This document shows positions 18,621 to 26,818 of a DNA stretch of 32,000 bases, in pieces. The stretch lies in NCBI RefSeq assembly GCF_001548275.1, contig NZ_AP014945.1, positions 1,500,001-1,532,000 on the forward strand, read 5' to 3'. The notes under the pieces were generated by a model. It was not told where the DNA came from. It saw only the letters and a list, made by a program, of their open reading frames with translations, and did no database searches. This stretch comes from Caldimicrobium thiodismutans. Lineage in GTDB: Bacteria; Desulfobacterota; Thermodesulfobacteria; Thermodesulfobacteriales; Thermodesulfobacteriaceae. The stretch's first letter is position 1. Each line of letters begins with the position of its first letter. The position numbers and the translations under genes are program-made.

Positions 18621-18791
18621 AAATGTTCCTCCTTAATTCCTAAACTTAAAAGAAAAATGAAAAAAAACAAGACACCAAAGTTCCTCGATGATGAAATGTA
18701 TGTAGTTTAACATTATTTCTAACTCTCCCCTCTAATCTTTTTCCCTCCATTCTTTTTCTTGTAAGGATAGGAACTTCTGCAGAAAAAGACC

Positions 18792-19484
18792 TCAAAAACG
18801 CTTAAGGATTCTTGCAGTTGGAAGATGATTTTGCAACACAGTAAAGAAATTAAGATACTCTTCCTCTGAATAAGGGGAAACACCTCGTCCACTTAGATTT
18901 TTCTCAGGTAAATACTTCTGAAGGGCAATAATTTGAAACCCCTCTAAAAAGGGAAGCATCTCCTCTAAGTCTCTTCCATTAAAAAGAGGGGGATAAAGGG
19001 TTATACGAATTTCAACCTTTTCAGGATGATTTTTTAAGACCCTTAGGGTCTCACTCACTCTGGAAAAGTCTCCCCCAAGTTCAGGATAACGGGATGGTGA
19101 GGTTTTAAAATCAAGGGCCACATAATCAAGAAGATTTTCCTGCAAAAACCGCTCTAACAACTCTGGATTTGAACCATTGGTATCAACTTTAATAGCAAGC
19201 CCTATTTCATATTTAATCCTCTCTATGAGATAATGAAGTCTTTTTCCCCATAGGGTAGGTTCCCCTCCTGTTATAACTACACCCTGAATAAACCCTTTTC
19301 TCTGAGAAAGATTGGTTAAGATCTCCTCATCAGGAATGTCTGGGAGATCCTTATAGTTTTCTGTAAGAACAAGTTCTATGTTGTAACAAAAAGGGCACCG
19401 GTAATTACACCCATAGGTATAGATGACTGCGGAGACCTTCTCAGGAAAGTCAACTAAGCTTGTTCCCCGAAAACCTTTAATCAT
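18792..19484 (-). CDS. radical SAM activating enzyme, anaerobic ribonucleotide reductase activase (NrdG)-like
   Basis: 230 aa. GTSLVDFPEKVSAVIYTYGCNYRCPFCYN (Cx3Cx2C) and GVVITGGEPTL motifs. Confidence 0.75.
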   Translation of the reverse strand: MIKGFRGTSLVDFPEKVSAVIYTYGCNYRCPFCYNIELVLTENYKDLPDIPDEEILTNLSQRKGFIQGVVITGGEPTLWGKRLHYLIERIKYEIGLAIKVDTNGSNPELLERFLQENLLDYVALDFKTSPSRYPELGGDFSRVSETLRVLKNHPEKVEIRITLYPPLFNGRDLEEMLPFLEGFQIIALQKYLPEKNLSGRGVSPYSEEEYLNFFTVLQNHLPTARILKRF

Positions 19485-20319
19485 CTCTGGATAGGGCCTC
19501 TAAAATCTGTGGATCTACTTTAAAGGAGTGTTTCTCTTCAGGGAAAAGCCCCTCTTTTACCTCCTTTTGATAGGTTTTTAAAGCCTCTTCAAAGATTTTA
19601 AATCCATCTATATAATTTTTCACAAATTTAGGGCGCATCTCTGGAAAAAGGCCTACCACATCGTGAAAAACAAGGATTTGCCCATCTGTGTAAGGCCCTG
19701 CTCCAATTCCTATAGTTGGAATCTTCAATCTCTGGGTAATAAGCCTTGAAATTTCTGCTGGGACGCATTCAAGGACTATAGCAAAGGCTCCTGCAGACTC
19801 TAAGGCCAGGGCAGAATCAAGAAGCTCCTTTGCAGTTTCTAAGTCTTTCCCTCTGGCCTTAAGCCCACCTATGTCCAGGCTTCTTTGAGGTGTAACTCCA
19901 ATATGGGCTAACACAGGGATACCTGCTTTGACCAAGGCTGAAACTATTTCAACTACCTCAATGCCACCTTCAACTTTTACTGCGTGGCACCTTCCTTCCT
20001 TGATAAAACGCCCTGCATTCAAAAGGGCTGACTCAATGGAAACCTGATAGCTGAGAAAGGGCATATCCCCTATACGAAGGGTGTTTGGAGCTCCCCGAGA
20101 GACCGCCTGACAAAAAATAAGCATCTCTTCTAAGGTAATGGGATAGGTATCTGGATGTCCAAGGACAACCATACTTGCAGAATCACCAATAAGAATAAAG
20201 TCAAGGCCTGCGGATTCTGCTAATCTTGCCATATTGTAATCATAGGCAGTAATACCTGCGATTTTTTCTTTCCCCTTTTTGAGGGTTATCTCAAGAGGGC
20301 TGAGTTTAAAGAGAGACAT
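19477..20319 (-). CDS. panB: 3-methyl-2-oxobutanoate hydroxymethyltransferase
   Basis: ITAYDY, LIGDSASMV, GDMPFLSY and VKVEGG motifs. I prefer the ATG at 20319 (MSLFKL...). The track start at 20352 is a GTG lying well inside ruvB. Confidence 0.9.
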   Translation of the reverse strand: MSLFKLSPLEITLKKGKEKIAGITAYDYNMARLAESAGLDFILIGDSASMVVLGHPDTYPITLEEMLIFCQAVSRGAPNTLRIGDMPFLSYQVSIESALLNAGRFIKEGRCHAVKVEGGIEVVEIVSALVKAGIPVLAHIGVTPQRSLDIGGLKARGKDLETAKELLDSALALESAGAFAIVLECVPAEISRLITQRLKIPTIGIGAGPYTDGQILVFHDVVGLFPEMRPKFVKNYIDGFKIFEEALKTYQKEVKEGLFPEEKHSFKVDPQILEALSRDD

Positions 20320-21280
20320 GAAAAAGGTTCCTTTCTTTGAGATATTTTTCACCCAGTTTGGTGATAACCCTTCCTTTGCGAGTTCGGGCCATAAGGCCTA
20401 AACGGATAAGAGCTGGTTCATAAAGGGTTTCAAGCTCATCCGGGCTTATACGCGATGAAAGGGCAAGGGAATTGAGACCCACTGGGCCACCTTTAAAATC
20501 CCGATACAGGGTAAATAAACATCTCCGATCTTCAGGGGTTAGACCCCATTCATCAATATCTAAAAGCTGAAAAAAGGCCTTTATTTCTCCTTCTGTAACC
20601 TCTAAAATCTTTGAATCCTGGGGAGTAAAATGATGCATAAACTCTTTAAGTCTTCTCAGGAGATTTAAGGCCTGTCTTGGAATGCCTTTGCCAGCTTTAG
20701 CAAGCTTGCAGGCAGATTCCTCAGAGAGTTTAAGGCCCCACAGGGAACTCACCTTGAGAAGGATATCTTTAAGCTCCTCTTCCTGATAATAATCAAGCTT
20801 AAATGAGAGCTGAAATCTATCCAGAAGTGGCCCTAAGAGAAGATTAGGCTTGTTTGTAGCTCCAATTAGGGTAAATCTTGGCAGATTTAGTCTCACTGAG
20901 CGAGCTCCTTGATTTTTGCCAATAAGGATGTCAAGGGCAAAGTCTTCCATAGCAGAGTAGAGGATCTCTTGACAGGGCTTAGGGATGCGATGAATTTCGT
21001 CAATAAAGAGGATTTCTCCCTCGGAGAGATTAGTGAGTATTCCAGCTACAGCTCCTGGTTTATCAAGCACAGGACCAGAGGTAATTTTGAGCTCCCTTCT
21101 GAGTTCAAAGGCAATTATCCGGGCAAGAGTTGTTTTCCCAAGGCCTGGTGCTCCAACAAAAAGGGTATGGGGAAAGACCTCCTTTCTCTTTTTAATGGAA
21201 GAAAGGTAAATGGAGAGCTCTTCTTTAAGGCGCTTTTGCCCTATGAATTCCTCAAGAGTTGAGGGCCGAAAATCCCACAT
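20306..21280 (-). CDS. ruvB: Holliday junction branch migration DNA helicase RuvB
   Basis: RPSTLEEFIGQ, Walker A GAPGLGKTTLA, Walker B LFIDEIHR, and a winged-helix C-terminus. Confidence 0.95.
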   Translation of the reverse strand: MWDFRPSTLEEFIGQKRLKEELSIYLSSIKKRKEVFPHTLFVGAPGLGKTTLARIIAFELRRELKITSGPVLDKPGAVAGILTNLSEGEILFIDEIHRIPKPCQEILYSAMEDFALDILIGKNQGARSVRLNLPRFTLIGATNKPNLLLGPLLDRFQLSFKLDYYQEEELKDILLKVSSLWGLKLSEESACKLAKAGKGIPRQALNLLRRLKEFMHHFTPQDSKILEVTEGEIKAFFQLLDIDEWGLTPEDRRCLFTLYRDFKGGPVGLNSLALSSRISPDELETLYEPALIRLGLMARTRKGRVITKLGEKYLKERNLFHVSL

Positions 21281-21328
21281 TTCACTTAGAAAGTTACCTG
21301 AATTTCTAAAAAGGTCAAGTATGTTTTT

Positions 21329-21769
21329 TCACAAAGAAAGTCTCTGAAAAAGTTTCAAAAAAGCCTCTTTTAACTCAGGGTCAGAGAGATTTCTGCACTG
21401 AAGTTTTAATTCTTCCAAGGTCTCCTTAGAAAGAAGAATATGTTTAATTCTTGAGGTCTCATCTTTGGTCTCCCATGAAGGATAAAAGACAAATTTTAGG
21501 GTTTTTACAGGAAAAGATTCTTTTTCAGGATAATAAGTTCTTAAGCGCTCAAGAATTGTTAAGTAATGAGAAGAGAGTTTTTGTAAAATATAATGGTCAG
21601 ATACTCCGATTACAAGCACACCCTCTTCAAAATTAAGAGGTTTTGTATCCTTAGCCTCATTCTCCATGATTTTAGTCCAATTTTCTTTAAGGAACTTGAA
21701 AAGCCTAAGACTTTCCTTTATCCTGGGAGGAAGTTTTAAAGAGTTTGAGATGTTTTTAAGGGATTCCAT
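21329..21769 (-). CDS. DUF721 (DciA-like) domain protein
   Basis: 146 aa. L..NW..I......T.P..FE.GVLVIGV......Q.L pattern typical of DUF721. Overlaps the upstream PMM/PGM gene by 14 nt. Confidence 0.55.
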   Translation of the reverse strand: MESLKNISNSLKLPPRIKESLRLFKFLKENWTKIMENEAKDTKPLNFEEGVLVIGVSDHYILQKLSSHYLTILERLRTYYPEKESFPVKTLKFVFYPSWETKDETSRIKHILLSKETLEELKLQCRNLSDPELKEAFLKLFQRLSL

Positions 21770-23129
21770 GCTTACTGAGGGCTTCTTTAAGGGCAGAGTA
21801 AAGGCGATCCTTTAGGGTCTCTAAAAATTCTTCAGTTTCTGCTTCAAAGCGCAGAACAAGAACAGGCTGAGTATTAGAGGCCCTAACTAGTGCCCAACCC
21901 TCTTTAAATTCAATGCGAGCTCCATCCACATCAATAACCTTAAGGCCTTCTCTTTTAAATCTTTCCACCAGTTCTGCTACTACCTGAAATTTAATCTCAT
22001 CTGGGCACTCAGTTCTTATCTCAGGGGTTGAGATCATCCTTGGAAGATCTTCCAGAAAGGCAGAAAGAGGTTTGTTGGAAGAGGAAAGTATCTCAGCAAG
22101 CCTTAAACTTGCATACACTCCATCATCAAAACCAAACCACCTGTCTGCAAAAAAGATATGTCCACTCATCTCCCCAGCAAGGAGAGCACCCTCTTCCTTC
22201 ATCTTGCCCTTAATCAGGGAATGTCCAGTCTTCCACATAATAGGTTTGCCACCAAGCTTTTCAATAGTTTGGTAAAGTATACGGGAACACTTTACCTCAC
22301 CGATAATCTTGGCTGAGGGGTGTCTTTTCAGAAGGTCCTGGGCAAAAATAATAAGAAGTTGATCCCCCCAGATAATATTTCCTTTTTCGTCAACAACACC
22401 GATTCTATCCCCATCTCCATCGTATCCAAAACCTGCTGAAAGCCCTTTAGTTGTAACCCTTTCAATTAAGAATTTTAGATTTTCCGGGACCACAGGATCA
22501 GGATGGTGATGAGGAAAGGTTCCATCAAGGTCGCAGAAGAGACACTCGATCTCACAGCCAAGCCTTTTGAAAATCTCAGGGGCAGTAAGGGCACAAACCC
22601 CATTGCCTGGATCAATGGCCACTTTAAGGGGGCGGGCAAGATGAATATTTTGAGAGAGATATTCTATATAAGGGGAAAGGGCATCTCTTTCAGAATATCC
22701 ACCTTTTCCACTTTCAAAGTCCTCCTTTTCCACAAGCTCCCTTATTTTTTGTATATCCTTACCGAAAAGCGTATCCTTACCAAGACAGATTTTAAGCCCA
22801 TTAAATTCAGGTGGATTGTGTGAGCCAGTAACCTGTATCCCTCCACCAATGTCTTCTGAGGTAAAGAGAGAAAAATACATAACAGGAGTTGGGGTAACCC
22901 CTATGTCAATTACATCCACCCCGGTTGCAAGAATTCCCTCTATAAGGGCTTTTTGTAAATCTGGACCTGAGAGTCTTCCATCTCTTCCCGAGACAATTTT
23001 TTTACCTCCATTTCTTTTAACCATTGTGCCATAGGCTTTACCAATTAATCGCACAACTTCAGGAGTAAAGTCCACCCCCACTTTACCCCGAATATCATAT
23101 TCTCTGAAAATAAAGGGACTAATTTTCAT
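21756..23129 (-). CDS. phosphomannomutase/phosphoglucomutase (alpha-D-phosphohexomutase family)
   Basis: FREYDIRG, active-site TGSHNPPEFNGLK, metal loop GYDGDGDR, and GEMSGH. Confidence 0.9.
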   Translation of the reverse strand: MKISPFIFREYDIRGKVGVDFTPEVVRLIGKAYGTMVKRNGGKKIVSGRDGRLSGPDLQKALIEGILATGVDVIDIGVTPTPVMYFSLFTSEDIGGGIQVTGSHNPPEFNGLKICLGKDTLFGKDIQKIRELVEKEDFESGKGGYSERDALSPYIEYLSQNIHLARPLKVAIDPGNGVCALTAPEIFKRLGCEIECLFCDLDGTFPHHHPDPVVPENLKFLIERVTTKGLSAGFGYDGDGDRIGVVDEKGNIIWGDQLLIIFAQDLLKRHPSAKIIGEVKCSRILYQTIEKLGGKPIMWKTGHSLIKGKMKEEGALLAGEMSGHIFFADRWFGFDDGVYASLRLAEILSSSNKPLSAFLEDLPRMISTPEIRTECPDEIKFQVVAELVERFKREGLKVIDVDGARIEFKEGWALVRASNTQPVLVLRFEAETEEFLETLKDRLYSALKEALSKHGIP

Positions 23130-23138
23130 CTCTCACCT

Positions 23139-24251
23139 CTATGCCTTTCCCTCATTAACGAGTTTTTTTAAATCAAGATAGGTCTCTCTGACCTTTTGCA
23201 CAAACTCAAGGAAAAGAGGAAGTTCTGTTAAAGGAAGGCTCTGGGGACCGTCACATAGGGCTTTTTCAGGTTGAGGGTGAAATTCAACCAAAATGGCATT
23301 AGCTCCAGCTATAACCCCTTGAGCAGTAACATGATAGATATCTCTGATACCATCCGGGGCTTTAACTTTTGACCCAATGGGATGAGAGGGATCAATACAG
23401 ACCGGAAGCCTTGTAAGTCTTTTAACTACAGGAACATGAGCAAAATCAACGAGGTTGCGATGGGGATCACCAAGGTGAGTGCGCACACCTCTTAAACAAA
23501 AGATAATTTTAGTATTCCCTTCAGAGGCAATGTATTCTGCAGCATTGAGGCACTCTTCCAAAGAGAGACCAAATCCTCTTTTGTAGAGCACTGGAAAATC
23601 CTGTTGTTTCCCAACGGCCTTAAGGAGTTCAAAGTTCTGGGCATTTCGCGTACCTATCTGAAGAATAATTCCACAGGGATGGCCGGCATCTTCCAGGGCC
23701 TCTTGAATCTCCTCAATGTGATGAGGAGCAAGGACCTCCATAGCAATAACCTTTATACCGTATTTACCAGCCAGGTCAAAAAGCCAGGGCAAACAGGCCT
23801 TGCCATGCCCTTGAAAGTCATAAGGTGAGGTGCGGGGTTTATAGGCGCCCATGCGCGCACAACAAAGACCTACCTCCTTTAAGGCCCTGAAGATAGCCTC
23901 TGTATTTTCATAAGTATCCACTGCACAGGGGCCAGCAAAGATATGGAAACTTTCTTGACTGAACTGGAGACCCTTATATTCAAAACCAAAATCTGTGAGA
24001 GCTCCATGTCTTCCCAGTAATCTATATTTAGCTGTAACTTTTATGGCTTTTTCAACTCCAGGTAGATTTTCAATTTCTTCCTGTGACACCATATAATCCT
24101 CCCCAATTAAGTGGACCTCAATAAGTGAGCGTGTAACCCCTTTGTGCTCCATCACCTTGATCTGCAAGTGGGGAAATCGTTTGAGATATTCCATCAGATC
24201 TTTAAATTCTTTGCTCTCTTGAGTAATGTTGGGTTCCAGGATAATTATCAT
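23139..24251 (-). CDS. aroF: 3-deoxy-7-phosphoheptulonate (DAHP) synthase, type I-beta, with N-terminal regulatory domain
   Basis: GPCAVD, GAYKPRTSPYDFQG, LQIGTRNAQNF, KRG, DPSHPIG and EFHPQPEKALCDGPQSL motifs. The ATG at 24251 lies 9 nt after AGGAGG. The track start at 24257 is a TTG too close to the RBS. Confidence 0.85.
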   Translation of the reverse strand: MIIILEPNITQESKEFKDLMEYLKRFPHLQIKVMEHKGVTRSLIEVHLIGEDYMVSQEEIENLPGVEKAIKVTAKYRLLGRHGALTDFGFEYKGLQFSQESFHIFAGPCAVDTYENTEAIFRALKEVGLCCARMGAYKPRTSPYDFQGHGKACLPWLFDLAGKYGIKVIAMEVLAPHHIEEIQEALEDAGHPCGIILQIGTRNAQNFELLKAVGKQQDFPVLYKRGFGLSLEECLNAAEYIASEGNTKIIFCLRGVRTHLGDPHRNLVDFAHVPVVKRLTRLPVCIDPSHPIGSKVKAPDGIRDIYHVTAQGVIAGANAILVEFHPQPEKALCDGPQSLPLTELPLFLEFVQKVRETYLDLKKLVNEGKA

Positions 24252-24327
24252 ATACAAACACCTCCTGACACAGAAATAATATTTTTTATTTAAGCCTTTT
24301 TCCTGAAAATTGCAAGGGCTTTCAGGC

Positions 24328-24665
24328 GTAATGCCTCATTTAGTTTTATAAATGAAATCATTTTTATCCCCTCTTTTTTACTGTCAATTTTTCTTGGGAA
24401 TAATTTACTTTTTTTTCAAAATATGCTCTTTCAAGCATTTTCTGATATCTCCTTATCTTTCTGTAAAGCTCCTTTACTTTTCCCCCCTTTTTCCTTTAAA
24501 ATAAGCTTTGCCAGGGGACTTAAGGTCTACCTTTCGTGAATTTAAGAAGAGTGAGATATACCATTTTTCCGTAAAGTTTTAAGAGAGATGTCCTGAATTG
24601 AATTTGAAAAATTTTTTCTCCGAGGCAACGATAAAATTTCGAATAGATTCTTAATGAGGCAATTC
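24328..24665 (+). mobile_element. R1 MITE-like interspersed repeat, copy C (most divergent)
   Basis: GTAATGCCTCATTTAG ... TTAATGAGGCAATTC. CAGGC is found on both flanks. The central-right segment diverges from copies A, B and D. Confidence 0.75.
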
Positions 24666-24671
24666 GCAGGC

Positions 24672-24700
24672 TTGTGGAGTAAAAAAAGAAATGTTAAAAT
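24672..24700 (+). promoter_or_regulatory. sigma70-like promoter for the dedA-family gene
   Basis: TTGTGG (24672-24677), 17-nt spacer, TAAAAT (24695-24700). GGGAGG RBS before the TTG start. Confidence 0.35.
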
Positions 24701-24727
24701 AAAGGTTCTAATTTAGGGAGGTTACGC

Positions 24728-25372
24728 TTGAAAGAGACATTTCTTGTTCTTATTCAGAAATTTCTTCTTTTTTTTGAAAAGAGCTCATATTTTGGAGTTT
24801 TTTTTCTAATGGCCCTTGAGTCAACTCTTGTTCCTATCCCCAGCGAGATAATTATTCCACCGGCTGCTTATCTTGCCTCTAAAGGAAAAATGAATCTCTT
24901 CGGAGTTATTCTCTCTGGAACTTTGGGAAGTCTTGCAGGAGCCCTTTTGAATTACTCCCTGGCTCTAAAATTTGGAAGACCCGCTTTTTTGAGATTTATT
25001 CGAAGATACGGGAAGTATGTCTTGTTAACTGAGATTTCCTTTATGAAGATGGAGGGTTTTTGGCATAATCATGGACACATTAGTACTTTTGTAGGGAGGC
25101 TTCTTCCCGGGCTTCGGCATGTAATCTCTATTCCTGCAGGTTTTGCTCGAATGGCGCTTGGGATCTTTTGTTTATATACAACAATAGGAGCCCTTTTGTG
25201 GTGCACCTTTTTAGCCATTTGTGGTTATTACTTTGGGAAAAATGAGGCCCTTCTCAAGGAATATCTTCATAAAGGATCATATGGATTGATTTTATTTTGT
25301 ATAATCTTGATAAGTGCATATGTTTGGTTCAAGATAAAAATAAAGAAGGGGCCAAAGGCCCCCAAAAAATAG
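24728..25372 (+). CDS. DedA-family inner membrane protein
   Basis: 214 aa. ESTLVPIPSEIIIPPAAYLA and GRLLPGLRHVISIPAG are canonical DedA motifs. TTG start 7 nt after GGGAGG. Confidence 0.85.
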   Translation: MKETFLVLIQKFLLFFEKSSYFGVFFLMALESTLVPIPSEIIIPPAAYLASKGKMNLFGVILSGTLGSLAGALLNYSLALKFGRPAFLRFIRRYGKYVLLTEISFMKMEGFWHNHGHISTFVGRLLPGLRHVISIPAGFARMALGIFCLYTTIGALLWCTFLAICGYYFGKNEALLKEYLHKGSYGLILFCIILISAYVWFKIKIKKGPKAPKK

Positions 25373-25374
25373 AT

Positions 25375-25764
25375 TTAATTGATTTTAACCAGCCTTTTTT
25401 CGCTAAAGAAAAGGAATTTCTTTTTACCAACTTCTAATTTATCCAGATTTTCTGCAGCATCACTTGGTAAGTACCAGAGACTAACAGTAACCTCTACTTC
25501 TTTGGCCTTAATTTCTCTTACCTTCTTACCATCTTTTTCCACATCTTCATAAGGGAAAGGAAATTCAAAGATCTTTACCTTTTCTTTTTCTGGCTGTAAA
25601 GAGGTATCTACCATATAACCTGTCTTTCTATGAGCACCAAAGGCCATCTTATTGTCCCTGTCAAAGCCTGATGCCATAGGCATGAGAACTTTGAGATCCT
25701 GATAAATGACCTTTCCATCTTTGGTTTTGCCAGTCACCTCAAGGACCAGCTTGTTGGGAGAAGG
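25375..25764 (-). CDS. open frame continuing directly after the in-frame TGA of the pentaheme cytochrome (the track lists 25375..25737 from an internal GTG); probably its C-terminal domain
   Basis: Same frame as 25765..26688 with no stop between the TGA and the track ORF (PSPNKLVLE-VTGKTKDG...). No Shine-Dalgarno-like element before the GTG. No CxxCH. The composition looks like a soluble beta-rich domain. Confidence 0.55.
   Translation of the reverse strand, partial: PSPNKLVLEVTGKTKDGKVIYQDLKVLMPMASGFDRDNKMAFGAHRKTGYMVDTSLQPEKEKVKIFEFPFPYEDVEKDGKKVREIKAKEVEVTVSLWYLPSDAAENLDKLEVGKKKFLFFSEKRLVKIN
25729..25750 (-). promoter_or_regulatory. candidate SECIS-like hairpin 14 nt downstream of the in-frame UGA
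   Basis: mRNA GCUGGUC-CUUGAGGU-GACUGGC: 7-bp stem (two G-U pairs) and an 8-nt loop containing GGU. The position fits bacterial SECIS geometry, but the stem is weak. Confidence 0.3.
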
Positions 25765-26688
25765 TCAGCCATCTGGTATACGGTGCCCGGCCTTATTATA
25801 CATTTTAACAATTACTCTAACAGTTGGTCTCAAATCACCAGGTTTGTGAAGATAATAGTATCCCTCAGCTTCAACGGAATAATTAAGGGCTTTATTTACC
25901 ATTCTTTCGTCCCGGTAAGCAGGAATCTTGTGTCCGAAATTATCCTCTCTCATATGGCAGTCCTGACAAACTTTGGTGCCTCCACTTGGGATATAAGCAT
26001 GCAGATAGCTTCCATAGGCTGTAGCACATTGAGAGGGTTCTGGAAATTCAAAATTTGGCCCAGTTCCATGGCACTGACCACAGAAAACTGCTTGTCCCAT
26101 TATAGGAGATTTCTTTAAGGTTTTTAACTTTGTATCAAAGTGAGAACCTTCCTTTTTTCCGTAAATGGCATTTCTGTCAATATCACCATCCAGCCATTTA
26201 TGAACTATGGCCTTTTCCTGATGGCAGATAATACAGTTGATGTTTACCTGCTCAACCTTTTTCCAGGCTGCTTCGTCTCCCCCTGCAGCTTTAATCAGCA
26301 ACTCTGCCAGCTCTCTTGCACCAGAGGGCTCAAGATATTGAACCTGAGGGGCATGACACTTCATACAAAACATAAGCTTGTCTGCGGTAACATCTGCAAT
26401 GGATTTAACCCCTGAGTGCTTAAACTCCTTCCAGAGAGACTCAACTGTCCCTGCCATACTTCCAAGGGTTCTCGGAGTCCCTATAAGGGATCTTGCATGC
26501 AGACTCTCTGACCACTCTTTAAATTCCTTCTGATGGCACTCCTTACAGGAGCTTACATCAAACATCTTGATGAGCTCATCAACACTTTTGGCCTTCTTTA
26601 CCTCTGCCTTTGCTCCACCTGGAGCAAATAACAACAGGCCCAATAATAACAATCCCCAAAAATAAAAGAAAAATCGCTTAAACACCAT
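25765..26688 (-). CDS. secreted pentaheme c-type cytochrome (ends at an in-frame TGA)
   Basis: Signal peptide MVFKRFFFYFWGLLLLGLLLFAPGGAKA. Five CxxCH motifs: CKECH, CMKCH, CIICH, CGQCH, CQDCH. RBS GGAGGTGG upstream. Confidence 0.85.
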   Translation of the reverse strand: MVFKRFFFYFWGLLLLGLLLFAPGGAKAEVKKAKSVDELIKMFDVSSCKECHQKEFKEWSESLHARSLIGTPRTLGSMAGTVESLWKEFKHSGVKSIADVTADKLMFCMKCHAPQVQYLEPSGARELAELLIKAAGGDEAAWKKVEQVNINCIICHQEKAIVHKWLDGDIDRNAIYGKKEGSHFDTKLKTLKKSPIMGQAVFCGQCHGTGPNFEFPEPSQCATAYGSYLHAYIPSGGTKVCQDCHMREDNFGHKIPAYRDERMVNKALNYSVEAEGYYYLHKPGDLRPTVRVIVKMYNKAGHRIPDG

Positions 26689-26735
26689 AACCCACCTCCT
26701 TTTAATGTTTAGTTTATTATTAACTTTTTAAATAA

Positions 26736-26764
26736 ATTATGAACTGTAAAATTAAACATGTCAA
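26736..26764 (-). promoter_or_regulatory. sigma70-like promoter for the pentaheme cytochrome gene
   Basis: On the minus strand: TTGACA (26764-26759), 17-nt spacer, CATAAT (26741-26736). Confidence 0.45.
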
Positions 26765-26818
26765 ATAGAAAATTTTAATAAGATTAATAGATAAAAGTCT
26801 ATAAATTAACAAGTAAGG

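Larger units (their letters stand above)
17500..18781 (+). mobile_element. R2-bounded 1.28-kb unit carrying one gene (coiled-coil/PD-(D/E)XK-like protein)
   Basis: The left terminus TGTATGCGTCCATATCTTTTAAGAC (17500) and right terminus CTTGTAAGGATAGGAACTTCTGCA (ending 18781) are the same termini that bound the gene-less copies. GAAAA is found on both outer flanks. The unit fills the serS/nrdG-like intergenic gap. Alternative reading: two separate R2 fragments (17500-about 17560 and a mini copy at 18696-18781) flanking an unrelated gene. Confidence 0.45.

Noticed and set aside
20909-21262. Antisense ORFs inside well-supported genes. Examples: 20909-21262 in ruvB, 25783-26118 in the cytochrome, 2187-2489 in prmA, 9225-9497 in parB, 10470-10745 in gatA, 22503-22823 in the PMM/PGM gene.
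   Set aside because: Each is fully embedded antisense or out of frame in a gene with clear family motifs. They are shadow ORFs with no independent signals.
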